The translations under genes were made by a program, and so were the position numbers. Under the pieces are notes generated by a model. The model had not been told where the DNA came from. It did not search any database and saw only the letters and a program-made list of their open reading frames with translations. From Treponema sp. (GTDB lineage: Bacteria > Spirochaetota > Spirochaetia > Treponematales > Treponemataceae), in the NCBI GenBank assembly GCA_024402565.1, contig JAKSTM010000009.1, positions 169 through 64,168 of the forward strand: a stretch of 64,000 bases of DNA, written 5' to 3'. Of the stretch, positions 6,803 through 17,386 are shown piece by piece (position 1 is the first letter of the stretch; each line of letters starts with the position of its first letter).

Positions 6803-9800
6803 TTATTCGAATTTAAACCATTTAAAGTCAAAATCACAACCTGGAAGGAAAACAAAACTTATTTGTCCTTTGCCCTTTATTTCCTCAACCTCAAAAGATT
6901 TCTCTTCGTAATCATCTGTATGTGGAAATTCAATAACCTGTGTAGAATTTCCCTGATTTCCAAACCATTTCAGATTTATAGAATTATTTGGTTTATTTGA
7001 TTTTCCACAAATCGTCAGTTTCTTTGCACCTTCCGATTTATCTCCAAAATCCATATTCTTGAAATCCAGATTTACATTGTTTCCAATTCCTTCGACAGCT
7101 GTATCTGTTTTCTTAAATGTATCACCAACAATTGTATCTGCATCTAAAGCACGCAGTTTTCCAAAAGCCTTCAAATCTTCTGTGAAACGGAATCCATGCC
7201 ATACAAGTTCTATTTCTACCCAGATAGAAATTTTGTGAACTCCAAAGAGACGTTTGTTCAAACGGAAGTTTTTTTCTGTATAAGTATTATACTGGTATTC
7301 GGCTTCAAACTGCCCTTCAAAAAGAAGTTCTCCAGAATCAGGTTCCCCGTCATAAACTTTAAGTTTCCAGCTTGGACTCCAGCAGAATGCAGGAATATGA
7401 ATTTCATCGCTTCCCTGATCTCCAAAGTCCACTTTGTCAAAGCTAACCCAGCTTCCACCACCGCCACCACGAGTACTAATTCCTCCTGTAAAGGCCAGTT
7501 TTGGTTCTGGTTTTGATCTGTCGAAATTTGTGTATCGACAAGCTTCTACCAGTTTATATGGATTAAACTTTGGATTTCCGACTCCCTGAACTTTCATATC
7601 AAGTTCAGAAATAATTTCCGGATAATCGTAACCATTATTTGCACTAACACGCATAATAAAGTCACCATCACAAACAGCATTCAGTTCTGCTTCAATTCCA
7701 TTCTGTTCTACTTCTACCGCATCAGACAAAACCGAAGTCGGAAGCATTGGGACAAAAGTGATTTCTTTGGATGATGCATTTTCAGGTAAAACCTTTGCCA
7801 TCAATTTAAGTTTTTTATTTTCTTTGGAGAGAGTCACATCGCCTTGAGGCAACTGTTCAATTTTTCGAACAGGAACATATTTTGCATATTCCCCAAAATT
7901 CTCTACAAGCTCTTCATCAGTCATAGGTTCTGGCTCTTCATAAACTTCCATTCCTAGTCCTGGAGCTCTAAGAAGTTCACCATTACCTATAATACATCTA
8001 TAACCTGTCAAACCTTTGCTCACTGCTGTTACTGTAAAATCCGATTTTTCAGTTTTGGCACGAACCATAACTAGAAGTCGGTTTCCAAACAGGCGGCGTA
8101 CATTCGAAACATATTGATCGTAATCTGTAGAATCTCCGTTATCCATGCAGACAAATTCCGCATCTCCTTCAACTTTTACGCTTATGACATTTCTTGCATT
8201 GGCAACATCAATTCCATCTTTATCCACTGTCATTATGTCAAAGAAGTACATATTTCCCAGATGACATGAGCCGTCAAAAGTTTCAGTTTCAATCATTATT
8301 TTAGCAGGATCACCAAAAGATTTTTTCACGTCTTCACAAAGCTTGTTTCCATTTTCATCATATCCAACAGCTTTGATTTCACCCTTTTCATAAACTACAG
8401 ACCACAAACCAAAAAGGTTCATGTCTTTTTCATGATCAATTTTTTGACATCCCAATGAACGACCATTCAAAAACAATTCAACACTGCTACAATTTGTATA
8501 TGCTTTGACATCAATTTTCTGTCCAATATTCCAATCCCAATATGGAAGCAAATGAACAAATGGTTCAAATCTTTTTCCGCCCCATTCAGCTTTATATAAC
8601 CATGCTGTATCTTTCCAGAAACCAGCAGTGTCAATTTGACCAAAATAAGATGACTTTGAAGTATTGTTATATGGTGTTGGTTCGCCTATATAATCCCATC
8701 CAGTCCAGATAAATTGTCCTGAACTGAATTCAGCATCTCTGTCATTTGTAATTACTCTCTGAGTACTTTCACATCCCCAAGTTGTTGTACAGTTACCTAA
8801 TGTTGAACACTGACGATCATCATGAGTAACAAGATTCATAGTAAGAGGGAAATGATAAATTCCACGGCTCTGAATTGTTGACGAAGTTTCCGAACCATAA
8901 ATCTTCCACTCCGGATATTTTTTGTGATGTTCATCATACAATCGTTCAAGATAGTTGTAACCAACTACATCGGTATACTCAGCACATTCACAGGCGCCTT
9001 CTGTCATCATATAGTTTGACGCAATTGTTGTGACAGCATTTTTTTCAGGATCCCAGTCCCTAACATATTTTGAAAGCCTTTTTGTAATTCCTACTCCATT
9101 TGGTTCGTGGGTATCATAGATTTCGTTTCCAAAACTCCACATTATAAGTGACGGATGATTTCTGTCTTTACGTACCCATGAAGCGGTATCTCGTTCACAC
9201 CAGTCATTAAAATAATTTCCGTAATCGAAAGTTGTTTTTGTACTTTCCCACATATCGTATCCGTCATTATCGATGAGGATTCCCATTTCATCTGCCAGAT
9301 CCATAAACGAAGATGTAATCGGGTTATGTGAAGTTCTAATTGCATTTACGCCCATTTCCTTAAGACGAATAAACTGACGACGAAGAGCAAAAATATTAAA
9401 CGCAGAACCGAGTCCACCCAGATCATGATGCTGACAAACGCCATAAAGTTTTGTAGGAACACCATTCAAATACATTCCGGAATTATTATTAAATTCTACT
9501 GTACGGAACCCAAGATTTTCCATTTTTGAATCTAAAATAATTCCATCAGACGAAAGTAAATCTATTTTTAAAATATAAAGATTAGGGTTTTCACAATCCC
9601 ACAAATCTGGATTTTCTACAGTCAACTCAGTTTCTGCTTTTGAAATATTTCGCCCAGTTAAACCTGAAACAACGGAAACCAATTTTTCGTTTTCTTCATA
9701 GTTCAATTGAGTAAGGTTAGCGTCTGCAGAAACTATTACCTCAGAAGAATTCTTTCGCAATACTTCATAATGAATTTTACAGTTGTCATTTTCTAATGCA

Positions 9801-10357
9801 GCTTCCGTGCTCACCTTCACAGACCATTTTTTTTCTTCTAATTTGCGAACACGAATATAATTTCCATCTGTTACTAAAAAATTATTGCCGGTCTCTATCA
9901 AGCTAACATCTCGAAAAATACCAGCTCCAGAATACCATCTTGTATTTGGACTCTGATAAACCACGATTACCAGTACCTGATTTTTTCCTTTCTGAACAAG
10001 AGAAGAAATATCATATTCAAATTGGGCATAACCATAACGCCAGATTCCTGCAAGTTTTCCATTTACAAAAACGGCGCTATTCATATACACGCCTTCAAAA
10101 AGAAGGGCGTAATGTTTTCCAGAAATTTCTTCAATATCGAAATCTTTTTTATAATACCCTATAGAATTTCTATACAATTGTTTTGTATCTGAAATCATCC
10201 AGTCATGAGGAATATAGACTGGTTTGTAATCCTGTTTTGAAGCCTCATTCAAAAAATCAGTAGGTTCAAAAAGAACAGGTTTTCCATCCTTATACATTGT
10301 TTCATAAGCTATAGGGGCTTCAGCAAATTGCCAGCCATCATTAAAAAGTGTTTTCAT
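6803..10357 (-). CDS. GH2 beta-galactosidase-like glycoside hydrolase with C-terminal CBM-like modules
   Basis: LFEGVYMNS, RWYSGAGIFRDV, GVCQHHDLG, NAIRTSHNP, RNHPSLIMWSFGNE, WTGWDYIGEPTP. Confidence 0.9.
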   Translation of the reverse strand: MKTLFNDGWQFAEAPIAYETMYKDGKPVLFEPTDFLNEASKQDYKPVYIPHDWMISDTKQLYRNSIGYYKKDFDIEEISGKHYALLFEGVYMNSAVFVNGKLAGIWRYGYAQFEYDISSLVQKGKNQVLVIVVYQSPNTRWYSGAGIFRDVSLIETGNNFLVTDGNYIRVRKLEEKKWSVKVSTEAALENDNCKIHYEVLRKNSSEVIVSADANLTQLNYEENEKLVSVVSGLTGRNISKAETELTVENPDLWDCENPNLYILKIDLLSSDGIILDSKMENLGFRTVEFNNNSGMYLNGVPTKLYGVCQHHDLGGLGSAFNIFALRRQFIRLKEMGVNAIRTSHNPITSSFMDLADEMGILIDNDGYDMWESTKTTFDYGNYFNDWCERDTASWVRKDRNHPSLIMWSFGNEIYDTHEPNGVGITKRLSKYVRDWDPEKNAVTTIASNYMMTEGACECAEYTDVVGYNYLERLYDEHHKKYPEWKIYGSETSSTIQSRGIYHFPLTMNLVTHDDRQCSTLGNCTTTWGCESTQRVITNDRDAEFSSGQFIWTGWDYIGEPTPYNNTSKSSYFGQIDTAGFWKDTAWLYKAEWGGKRFEPFVHLLPYWDWNIGQKIDVKAYTNCSSVELFLNGRSLGCQKIDHEKDMNLFGLWSVVYEKGEIKAVGYDENGNKLCEDVKKSFGDPAKIMIETETFDGSCHLGNMYFFDIMTVDKDGIDVANARNVISVKVEGDAEFVCMDNGDSTDYDQYVSNVRRLFGNRLLVMVRAKTEKSDFTVTAVSKGLTGYRCIIGNGELLRAPGLGMEVYEEPEPMTDEELVENFGEYAKYVPVRKIEQLPQGDVTLSKENKKLKLMAKVLPENASSKEITFVPMLPTSVLSDAVEVEQNGIEAELNAVCDGDFIMRVSANNGYDYPEIISELDMKVQGVGNPKFNPYKLVEACRYTNFDRSKPEPKLAFTGGISTRGGGGGSWVSFDKVDFGDQGSDEIHIPAFCWSPSWKLKVYDGEPDSGELLFEGQFEAEYQYNTYTEKNFRLNKRLFGVHKISIWVEIELVWHGFRFTEDLKAFGKLRALDADTIVGDTFKKTDTAVEGIGNNVNLDFKNMDFGDKSEGAKKLTICGKSNKPNNSINLKWFGNQGNSTQVIEFPHTDDYEEKSFEVEEIKGKGQISFVFLPGCDFDFKWFKFE

Positions 10358-10426
10358 ATTTTCAGTTTAATGCAGGAGAATTGTAAAGTCGAGTGAGTTT
10401 TTTTTTAAATAAAAGTTAGATTTTTA

Positions 10427-10523
10427 TGGGGGGCCGGAAAGCAAGCTTTCCGTCGGGCCATTTCGGGTTCAGTAACCCTCATTCCCTTCGGGAACGCTTC
10501 GCGCCCTTCATGTCCCTGCCCCG
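10427..10523. repeat. GC-rich REP-like intergenic element
   Basis: Hairpins CGGAAAGC-AA-GCTTTCCG, GGGTT..AACCC and TTCCC-TTC-GGGAA directly after a stop codon. Confidence 0.55.
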
Positions 10524-11450
10524 TCAGTCTACCAAGGCAGAAATCACTTTTTCCACTTCGGAATCTCCGCCTTTTGTAAGTGCACTAATGATAGGTCTTG
10601 CTAAAATTACACGACTGGCACCAAAATAAAGTGCAGTCTGAACATCAAGTTTTGTACGGATTCCACCGTCTACCCAAATTTCTTTGCAATGTTTACGCAG
10701 TTCTTCACCATAATTAACCAGAAATTCAGCAGAACTACCAACGCGGGTTTCTATTCTTCCACCGTGATTTGAAACAAATACAACATCAGGCTTAATCTCT
10801 TTAATTAATTCTACATCTTCTGCAGTAAAAACACCCTTAATGACAAAACGCTGATTGAAAAGACTTCTAAAAGCCTGTAAATCTTTTGCAGTCTTTTTCT
10901 CCAGATTCACAAGTTTTCGCATTGTCAGAATATTATAGGAATCTATATCCATCCCTATGAAAGAGGCAGTATCTTTAATTAACTCTATACGTTTTTCCAG
11001 AACTTCCAGTGGATATGGCTTCAAAAAGAAAGCTGCTCCCGCTTCCCCCTGGCCGGCAGTAAAACCACATTTTTTTGCAGCTTCCAGGCCGTAAATCAAT
11101 TTTTCATCAGGACATCCGTCGCCAACACAAATCCCAATCCCTGCTCTTAAAGAAGCCTTAAAATATGGAAGATAAAAATCTTTTTCGTTACCAAATCCAA
11201 TATTTTCCTGAGCCCCGGTAACTGGACCACAACGAAGAAGGTCACGGGTTACTTTTATTTCCTGAATTGCATGCAAAATCTCAAGGTTATTATCCCGAAT
11301 CTGTTTCCATGCAGAACAATTCAACTGAAAATTCTTATTCTCATAAACGCCGCCCATTCCAGGCAACTGTCCGATACAGCCAAGCCCATTACAAACAGGA
11401 CAATATCGACACTTAAAATTATTAGTCGCCAAAACATACTCCAAGAGCAC
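10524..11450 (-). CDS. FMN-dependent alpha-hydroxy acid dehydrogenase family protein with a Cys-rich N-terminus
   Basis: VIKGV, VSNHGGR, VDGGIR, LARP; N-terminal CxxCxxCxGxxC. Confidence 0.8.
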   Translation of the reverse strand: MLLEYVLATNNFKCRYCPVCNGLGCIGQLPGMGGVYENKNFQLNCSAWKQIRDNNLEILHAIQEIKVTRDLLRCGPVTGAQENIGFGNEKDFYLPYFKASLRAGIGICVGDGCPDEKLIYGLEAAKKCGFTAGQGEAGAAFFLKPYPLEVLEKRIELIKDTASFIGMDIDSYNILTMRKLVNLEKKTAKDLQAFRSLFNQRFVIKGVFTAEDVELIKEIKPDVVFVSNHGGRIETRVGSSAEFLVNYGEELRKHCKEIWVDGGIRTKLDVQTALYFGASRVILARPIISALTKGGDSEVEKVISALVD

Positions 11451-12504
11451 GCTGGCTTTTCAAAACTGGATCATCCATTGGAATCGGTTTTACTTTTCCT
11501 TCAACTTCAGAAAGAGGATACCCCACTATTTTATTATCTTTCATCGCAATAAGAACACCAAATTCTTTTCTTGCCGCAAACTCAACTGCAGCCGCACCAA
11601 ACTGAGTAGAAAGAATAATATCTTTTGCGTTAGGATCTACCCCTCGCTGTGTATACCCCAAAACCGATGTACGGGTTTCCATCCCTGTCACTTCTTCAAT
11701 TTCACGTGCAATCCGATAAGATACACTCTCAGTCATAGAAGCCCGAGCTTTCTTAAAGGCTTTTTTGCCTAATTTTGCTTCCTCTGCAGACAAGGCGCCT
11801 TCACTTGCAGCAATAATAATATAGTCTCTTCCTTTGGCCCTAAGTTCTTTCACGTGTTTTGCAATTACTTTAATATCATAAGGAATTTCCGGCAAAAGAA
11901 TTATATCAGCTCCAGCAGCAGCTCCAGCATAAAGACCAAGCCACCCCACTTTGTGCCCCATAATTTCAACTACCATTGCACGATTCATACTTTTTGCAGT
12001 TGTACGAATCTGACAAATTCCTTCAGCAGCAAGTTCAATAGCAGAATCAAAACCAAATGTAACATCGGTTCCGAACACATCATTATCAATTGTTTTAGGA
12101 AGACCTATAACAGGAAGTCCTTCTTTAGCAAGAAGACTTGCTGTAGAATTTGTCCCGTTTCCCCCAAGACAAATCAATGCATCCAGCTTATTCTTTTTGA
12201 AAGTTTCTTTTATTGAATCCACTGGCATCTTCCCTGTAACAGGATTTTTTTCAGTAGCCTTAAATGGTTTTTCACGGGAAGTTCCAAGAACTGTTCCTCC
12301 CATTGAACGAAGGGCTTCCATGTCAAACTCAGACATTTTCACAAAATTATTTTCGACAAGCCCACGATACCCATTCTTAAAGCCTATTACTTTTGCGCCA
12401 TAATTTTCTTTTGCACTAATACAAATTGCACGAATTGCAGCATTTAAGCCTGGGGCATCCCCACCAGATGTTAAAATCCCGATTGTTTTTATGGAAGTTT
12501 TCAT
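11422..12504 (-). CDS. pfkA: 6-phosphofructokinase (probably ATP-dependent)
   Basis: ILTSGGDAPGLNAAIRA, GGTVLGTSR, GGNGT, PKTIDND, EIMGH, LGYTQRG. Confidence 0.9.
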   Translation of the reverse strand: MKTSIKTIGILTSGGDAPGLNAAIRAICISAKENYGAKVIGFKNGYRGLVENNFVKMSEFDMEALRSMGGTVLGTSREKPFKATEKNPVTGKMPVDSIKETFKKNKLDALICLGGNGTNSTASLLAKEGLPVIGLPKTIDNDVFGTDVTFGFDSAIELAAEGICQIRTTAKSMNRAMVVEIMGHKVGWLGLYAGAAAGADIILLPEIPYDIKVIAKHVKELRAKGRDYIIIAASEGALSAEEAKLGKKAFKKARASMTESVSYRIAREIEEVTGMETRTSVLGYTQRGVDPNAKDIILSTQFGAAAVEFAARKEFGVLIAMKDNKIVGYPLSEVEGKVKPIPMDDPVLKSQRALGVCFGD

Positions 12505-12591
12505 GTTTTTAGTTTACCACAGAACGCCGCTTTTAAGAAGATTTTCCCAAAAGTTTCTAAACTGAACCAAAATTTCACCGATATTCTAGGT

Positions 12592-15500
12592 ATGAAACCA
12601 TCTACACAAGCTAAAACTAACTTAATTTCAGGAATTGTACTTTTACTTCTGGCAGCCCTGTTTACTATAACCCTGCTTATGCAGTTACTGGACTTTGGAA
12701 CATACCAGTCCGGATTCTTCATGACTCTGGGAAGAATGCTTTATTCTGTATATGGATTTTCAAGCATTCTGATTCCGGCATTCTTTTTAACAGCCGGCCT
12801 TTCATGTTTTGCCACAACCTGGACTGCACGTAAAGCATTCAGGCTTCTTACAGCCATTGTTCCCTTCTTTACCTGTGTTATATGTGAAAAAATAATTCGT
12901 TCAATTGCACAGATGGGGAACCGTTATTCACAATTTCCTATCGTAAAAATCGTTATTATTTCTATAACCGGTCTCATGCTTATGGTGATTGAATTCCTTG
13001 CTGCAGGAATTATTGCAGACAGAATTAACCATACACCAAAAAAATCAAAATCACTTATAAAGCCTGTACTTAAACCAAATAAAATTCAAAATATAGAAAT
13101 TGAAGAACCAAAAGAACCTGAAGACATTACCGACGTAGCCGAAGAACCTGTTGAAGAAACTGTAATAAATCCGGCTTTTGATCAGGCATTCGAAACAAAA
13201 GATGAATCTGCAAAAGACAATCTTAATCTTCCTGACGGTGTAACAGAAGACGATTTAATGCTTCCAGAAACAGAACCTGAAGAAAAGGAAGAACCAGCTG
13301 AAACTTCGGTTTATGATGAATACAAATTTGATGTTGAAACTACTCAAAGTGAAGAAGCAAGTTCTGAAACCATTCCTGTGGAAGAAAAAATCCCTGAAGA
13401 AATTATTCCAGAAGCGGTTCCAGCAGAAGAGATAATTTCAGAAAAAGAAACTGAACTGGAAGAAACCACTTATACTGAAGAACCAAAACCAGAAGAATCA
13501 ACAATTGATGAATCTGACTTTGATTTCGTTGAAGAAGAAGTTCCACAGGAACTTCCAGTTTCAGACGTCAAAACAGAAGAAATAAAAGATGATGACGCAG
13601 ATGAGGCAGCAACACCTCTCCTTTCCAGCGAAGAATTTGCAGCCTTAACATCTCCAGACGATGATCTCGAATGGAATAATGTTCCACCTGCACCTGAAAC
13701 TCTTCCACCAGAATATGACAGCGACATTGAAGATTTCGATCAGTTTGATCACAATCAGGTTGAAGAAATAGATGATTCAAAAGTTCCTCCAATTGAATAT
13801 GACGAACCAACCCCTGAAGATTTCTTCCCGGAAGAAGAAGTTTTTGCGTCCAACGATCCTTACGCAGACGGAAACTTTATTCAGCAGATTTCCACAAAGG
13901 AGCCTGTAAAAAAAACTTCAATTTATCCCGCAACAATTGATTTAGATGATGGATCATCAGCAGAACCTGTAAAAGAAGAAGTAAAAAAAACAATTCCGCC
14001 GAAACCAAAATACGGCACAAAAATCATTCTTTCTGATAATCCTCCAGTTGAAGAAAAGGAACCTGAAGTTTTTGATATTCCCGCTCCTTACGAAACTGAA
14101 GCAGAAGAAGATCCTTTTGACGATTTTGATGAAGAACTCGAAGAAAGAAATGCCCTTGCAGAAGAACTGGAAAGTGATATCCAAATAGATACCGAACCTG
14201 TTCATGAACCTGAAACAGAAAATCAGGCTGCTATTTTCTCTATGGCTTCAGATGTTTTTGCTGATATGGACAACGATATTCGCGAGGAAAAAGGCTTTGA
14301 TGAAATAGTTGAGAATGAAGAGGAAATAGTTTCTGAACCTGAAGTAGATGATATTAAAATAAAGGAAGAAGAATCTGAAACAGAATTTGTAATGTATGAA
14401 GGTTCTAAAGTTCCTGTAGAGAAGAAAACTTCTAACGAACTTAATCCTAACGCAACAGGAGCCCGCAACCTTACTCCAGATGAATTAACAGATTTCTTCA
14501 ATGCTCAGGAAAAAGCAAATACACCTGTACATAAAACCATAGAAAAAGAAGCAGCTCCAAAGAATTCAAGCCGTGCCCGCAAAAAGGGACCTTATATTAT
14601 TCCTTCTGATATGCTCACAGCTTACGAAGATGATCAGTACTGGGTAATTGATGACGCAACCAAAGAAGCTTCAATCGACCTTAAGGAAACTCTGGCCGAA
14701 TTCAATATCGAAGCAGAAATTACTGGTATCAAAAAAGGTCCTGTAGTTACAATGTTTGAGATTCTTCCTGCAGCCGGTGTAAAGCTTTCAAAAATTGTTG
14801 CACTTCAGGATAACATTGCACTTCGTCTGGCTGCATCTTCTGTACGTATTGTTGCACCAATTCCTGGAAAACGTGCAGTTGGTATTGAAGTTCCAAACCG
14901 TCACCGTTCAATTGTTGGATTCCGTGAAATCATCGAACAGGATTTGGAAGAATACAAAAAAATGTCTATTCCAGTTGTTCTTGGTAAAGATATTCTTGGT
15001 AAAGCACAACTCCTGGACCTGGTAAAAACCCCTCATCTTTTGATTGCAGGTGCAACAGGCGCCGGTAAATCGGTTTGTGTAAACTCAATCATCCTTTCGA
15101 TTCTCTTTAAGCGTTCACCTGATGAAGTTAAGCTCATCATGGTTGACCCTAAAGTGGTTGAGCTTAAACTTTATAACGACATTCCTCATCTTCTTACTCC
15201 TGTTATTACAGAAAGCAAGAAAGCACTGCAGGCACTTCAGTACTGTATCTGCGAAATGGAACGCCGTTACTCACTTCTTGATCACATGGGCGTGCGTGAT
15301 ATTTCAAGCTACAACAAAAAAATCAAAGAACAGAAAATGGCTGCTGAAAAACTGCCATACATCATTGTTATCATTGATGAGTTCGCAGACCTTATGGCAA
15401 CAACAGGAAAAGAAACAGAAAACGTTGTCGCACGCCTTACAGCCATGTCCCGTGCCGTTGGTATTCACCTGGTACTGGCTACACAGCGTCCTTCTGTAAA

Positions 15501-16002
15501 CGTTATTACAGGTCTTATCAAAGCAAATATTCCAAGCCGTATCGCCTTCATGGTTGCATCCCGCACAGACTCTGGAATCATCATTGACTCACCGGGTGCT
15601 GAAAAACTGCTTGGTAAAGGTGACATGCTTTATGCTTCAGCCGTTGATCCAAACCCAGTTCGTATTCAGGGAACATTCATCAGCGATGAAGAAGTTGAAA
15701 GTGTTGTAGATGCAGTTAAAGAATACGGAGAACCTGATTATATTGATGAAGAAATTTTCACATCAGATGAAGATGATCAGGGAGAACTTTTTGACAAGGA
15801 CACAGACTTTGGAGAAGATCCTCTTTACGAAGAAGCTCTTCAGGTTGTTCTTCAGGCTGGAAAAGCAAGTACTTCATACGTTCAGCGCCGTCTGAAAATC
15901 GGCTACAACCGTGCAGCCCGCCTTGTTGAAGAAATGGAAGAACGTGGAATTGTCGGACCTGCAAACGGTTCAAAACCACGCGAAGTAATTTACGTTCCTT
16001 AA
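12592..16002 (+). CDS. ftsK: DNA translocase FtsK with a long acidic linker
   Basis: N-terminal TM helices; PHLLIAGATGAGKS; IIDEFADLM; LATQRPS; gamma domain LKIGYNRAARL. Confidence 0.95.
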   Translation: MKPSTQAKTNLISGIVLLLLAALFTITLLMQLLDFGTYQSGFFMTLGRMLYSVYGFSSILIPAFFLTAGLSCFATTWTARKAFRLLTAIVPFFTCVICEKIIRSIAQMGNRYSQFPIVKIVIISITGLMLMVIEFLAAGIIADRINHTPKKSKSLIKPVLKPNKIQNIEIEEPKEPEDITDVAEEPVEETVINPAFDQAFETKDESAKDNLNLPDGVTEDDLMLPETEPEEKEEPAETSVYDEYKFDVETTQSEEASSETIPVEEKIPEEIIPEAVPAEEIISEKETELEETTYTEEPKPEESTIDESDFDFVEEEVPQELPVSDVKTEEIKDDDADEAATPLLSSEEFAALTSPDDDLEWNNVPPAPETLPPEYDSDIEDFDQFDHNQVEEIDDSKVPPIEYDEPTPEDFFPEEEVFASNDPYADGNFIQQISTKEPVKKTSIYPATIDLDDGSSAEPVKEEVKKTIPPKPKYGTKIILSDNPPVEEKEPEVFDIPAPYETEAEEDPFDDFDEELEERNALAEELESDIQIDTEPVHEPETENQAAIFSMASDVFADMDNDIREEKGFDEIVENEEEIVSEPEVDDIKIKEEESETEFVMYEGSKVPVEKKTSNELNPNATGARNLTPDELTDFFNAQEKANTPVHKTIEKEAAPKNSSRARKKGPYIIPSDMLTAYEDDQYWVIDDATKEASIDLKETLAEFNIEAEITGIKKGPVVTMFEILPAAGVKLSKIVALQDNIALRLAASSVRIVAPIPGKRAVGIEVPNRHRSIVGFREIIEQDLEEYKKMSIPVVLGKDILGKAQLLDLVKTPHLLIAGATGAGKSVCVNSIILSILFKRSPDEVKLIMVDPKVVELKLYNDIPHLLTPVITESKKALQALQYCICEMERRYSLLDHMGVRDISSYNKKIKEQKMAAEKLPYIIVIIDEFADLMATTGKETENVVARLTAMSRAVGIHLVLATQRPSVNVITGLIKANIPSRIAFMVASRTDSGIIIDSPGAEKLLGKGDMLYASAVDPNPVRIQGTFISDEEVESVVDAVKEYGEPDYIDEEIFTSDEDDQGELFDKDTDFGEDPLYEEALQVVLQAGKASTSYVQRRLKIGYNRAARLVEEMEERGIVGPANGSKPREVIYVP

Positions 16003-16029
16003 TCCGGAATACAACATGATAAAAAGCAA

Positions 16030-16063
16030 GAAAGCCGCGGTTGTAAAACCGCGGCTTTCTGTT
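16030..16063. terminator. Bidirectional terminator (ftsK / aldo-keto reductase)
   Basis: GAAAGCCGCGGTT-GTAA-AACCGCGGCTTTC. Confidence 0.85.
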
Positions 16064-16087
16064 TCCTATATGAATTGCTGAAACACC

Positions 16088-17197
16088 TTATTTTGTAGCT
16101 TCGGCAAGTTCAGCCATAATTGCAGGAACATCTATGCTCTGAGGACAATGTCCTGTACAGGCTCCACACTGAACACAGTCTTTTGGCATTCCTTCTGATT
16201 TAACATCCTTAAGAGCATGAAGTGCCCAGCCGCCCTGAAGCTTGTACTGATTATAAACTTTAAGGATTTCCGGAATATTAATCTGAACAGGGCATCCATC
16301 TGTACAATAACGACAAGCTGTACATGGAACCTGAACCTGTGTATGGAAAAGATCACATGCTTTGAAAAGCAGTTTTTCTTCTTCATCTGTAAGTGGTTCT
16401 ACGTCAGTAAATGTCTTAATATTATCCAGTGCCTGTTCCTTTGTTGTCATACCACTAAGGCTTACTGTAAGAGCTGGAAGTCTCATAAGCCAGCGGAATG
16501 CCCATGAAGGAATGCTCCAGTCAGGATGACAGTCTTTAAGCAGTTTCTCTGCATCAGGAGTAAGGCTTGCAAGACGTCCACCGCGAACCGATTCCATAGC
16601 AATTACAGGAATATTGCGGCTTGCGAGAATTTCATATTCTTTCTTTGTGTTTCCGTACATCCAGTCAAAATAATTCAACTGAATCTGAGCAAAATCCCAC
16701 TGACGGAGAGAAGCAAATTTTTCCAAAGTTTCAACAGAAGCATGTGAACTGAAGCCAAGATATGTAATACGTCCGGCTTTCTGCTGTTCAATAAAATAAT
16801 CAACAGCTCCTGAATCAATATATTCCTGCATATTATTGTCCAGAATACAGTGAATCAGATAAAAGTCGATATGATCTGTCTTCATGCGTTCAAGCTGGGC
16901 TTCGAAACATTTTTTGTAATCTTTTTCAGCACCAATATTGAACTTTGTTGCAAGGTAATATGAATCGCGGGGATATTTTGTCATTACGTCCCCCAGGAAC
17001 TTTTCAGAAGCTCCGCCACCATGATAAACATGAGCTGTATCATAGTAGTTGATTCCACTTTTCATACAAATATCAATGATTTCTGAAGCTTTTTCGTAAT
17101 CGATGTCTTTGTCTTTTCCGCCTTCCATAATCGGCAGACGCATATTTCCCATACCTAAAAGGGAAAGTTCAATGTCTTTGAAGGGTCTTTTAATCAT
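16088..17197 (-). CDS. Aldo/keto reductase with a C-terminal 4Fe-4S domain
   Basis: LGMGNMRLP, INYYDTAHVY, LATK, LGFSSH; CTACRYC and CVQCGACTGHCP. Confidence 0.9.
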   Translation of the reverse strand: MIKRPFKDIELSLLGMGNMRLPIMEGGKDKDIDYEKASEIIDICMKSGINYYDTAHVYHGGGASEKFLGDVMTKYPRDSYYLATKFNIGAEKDYKKCFEAQLERMKTDHIDFYLIHCILDNNMQEYIDSGAVDYFIEQQKAGRITYLGFSSHASVETLEKFASLRQWDFAQIQLNYFDWMYGNTKKEYEILASRNIPVIAMESVRGGRLASLTPDAEKLLKDCHPDWSIPSWAFRWLMRLPALTVSLSGMTTKEQALDNIKTFTDVEPLTDEEEKLLFKACDLFHTQVQVPCTACRYCTDGCPVQINIPEILKVYNQYKLQGGWALHALKDVKSEGMPKDCVQCGACTGHCPQSIDVPAIMAELAEATK

Positions 17198-17320
17198 TTC
17201 GTAAATCTCCTCAATTTAAGTATACCTGATTTGTTACTTTTCACCATAAAGATATTCCGAAAAACACAGACAATATTATTTTTAAATGAAAAATTATAAC
17301 TGGAATTAGTAGGATAAAAC

Positions 17321-17355
17321 AAAAAGCCCCCGAAACCGAAGTTCCGGGGGCTTTT
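17321..17355 (-). terminator. ppdK terminator
   Basis: AAAAGCCCCCG...CGGGGGCTTTT with a U tract on the minus strand. Confidence 0.8.
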
Positions 17356-17386
17356 CTAGCTTAAAAGCTTATTGCTAAAAGTCTAA

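Noticed and set aside
13050-14580. Long acidic low-complexity region in ftsK as a separate domain or insertion
   Set aside because: Long variable linkers are normal for FtsK, and no exact DNA repeats were seen.
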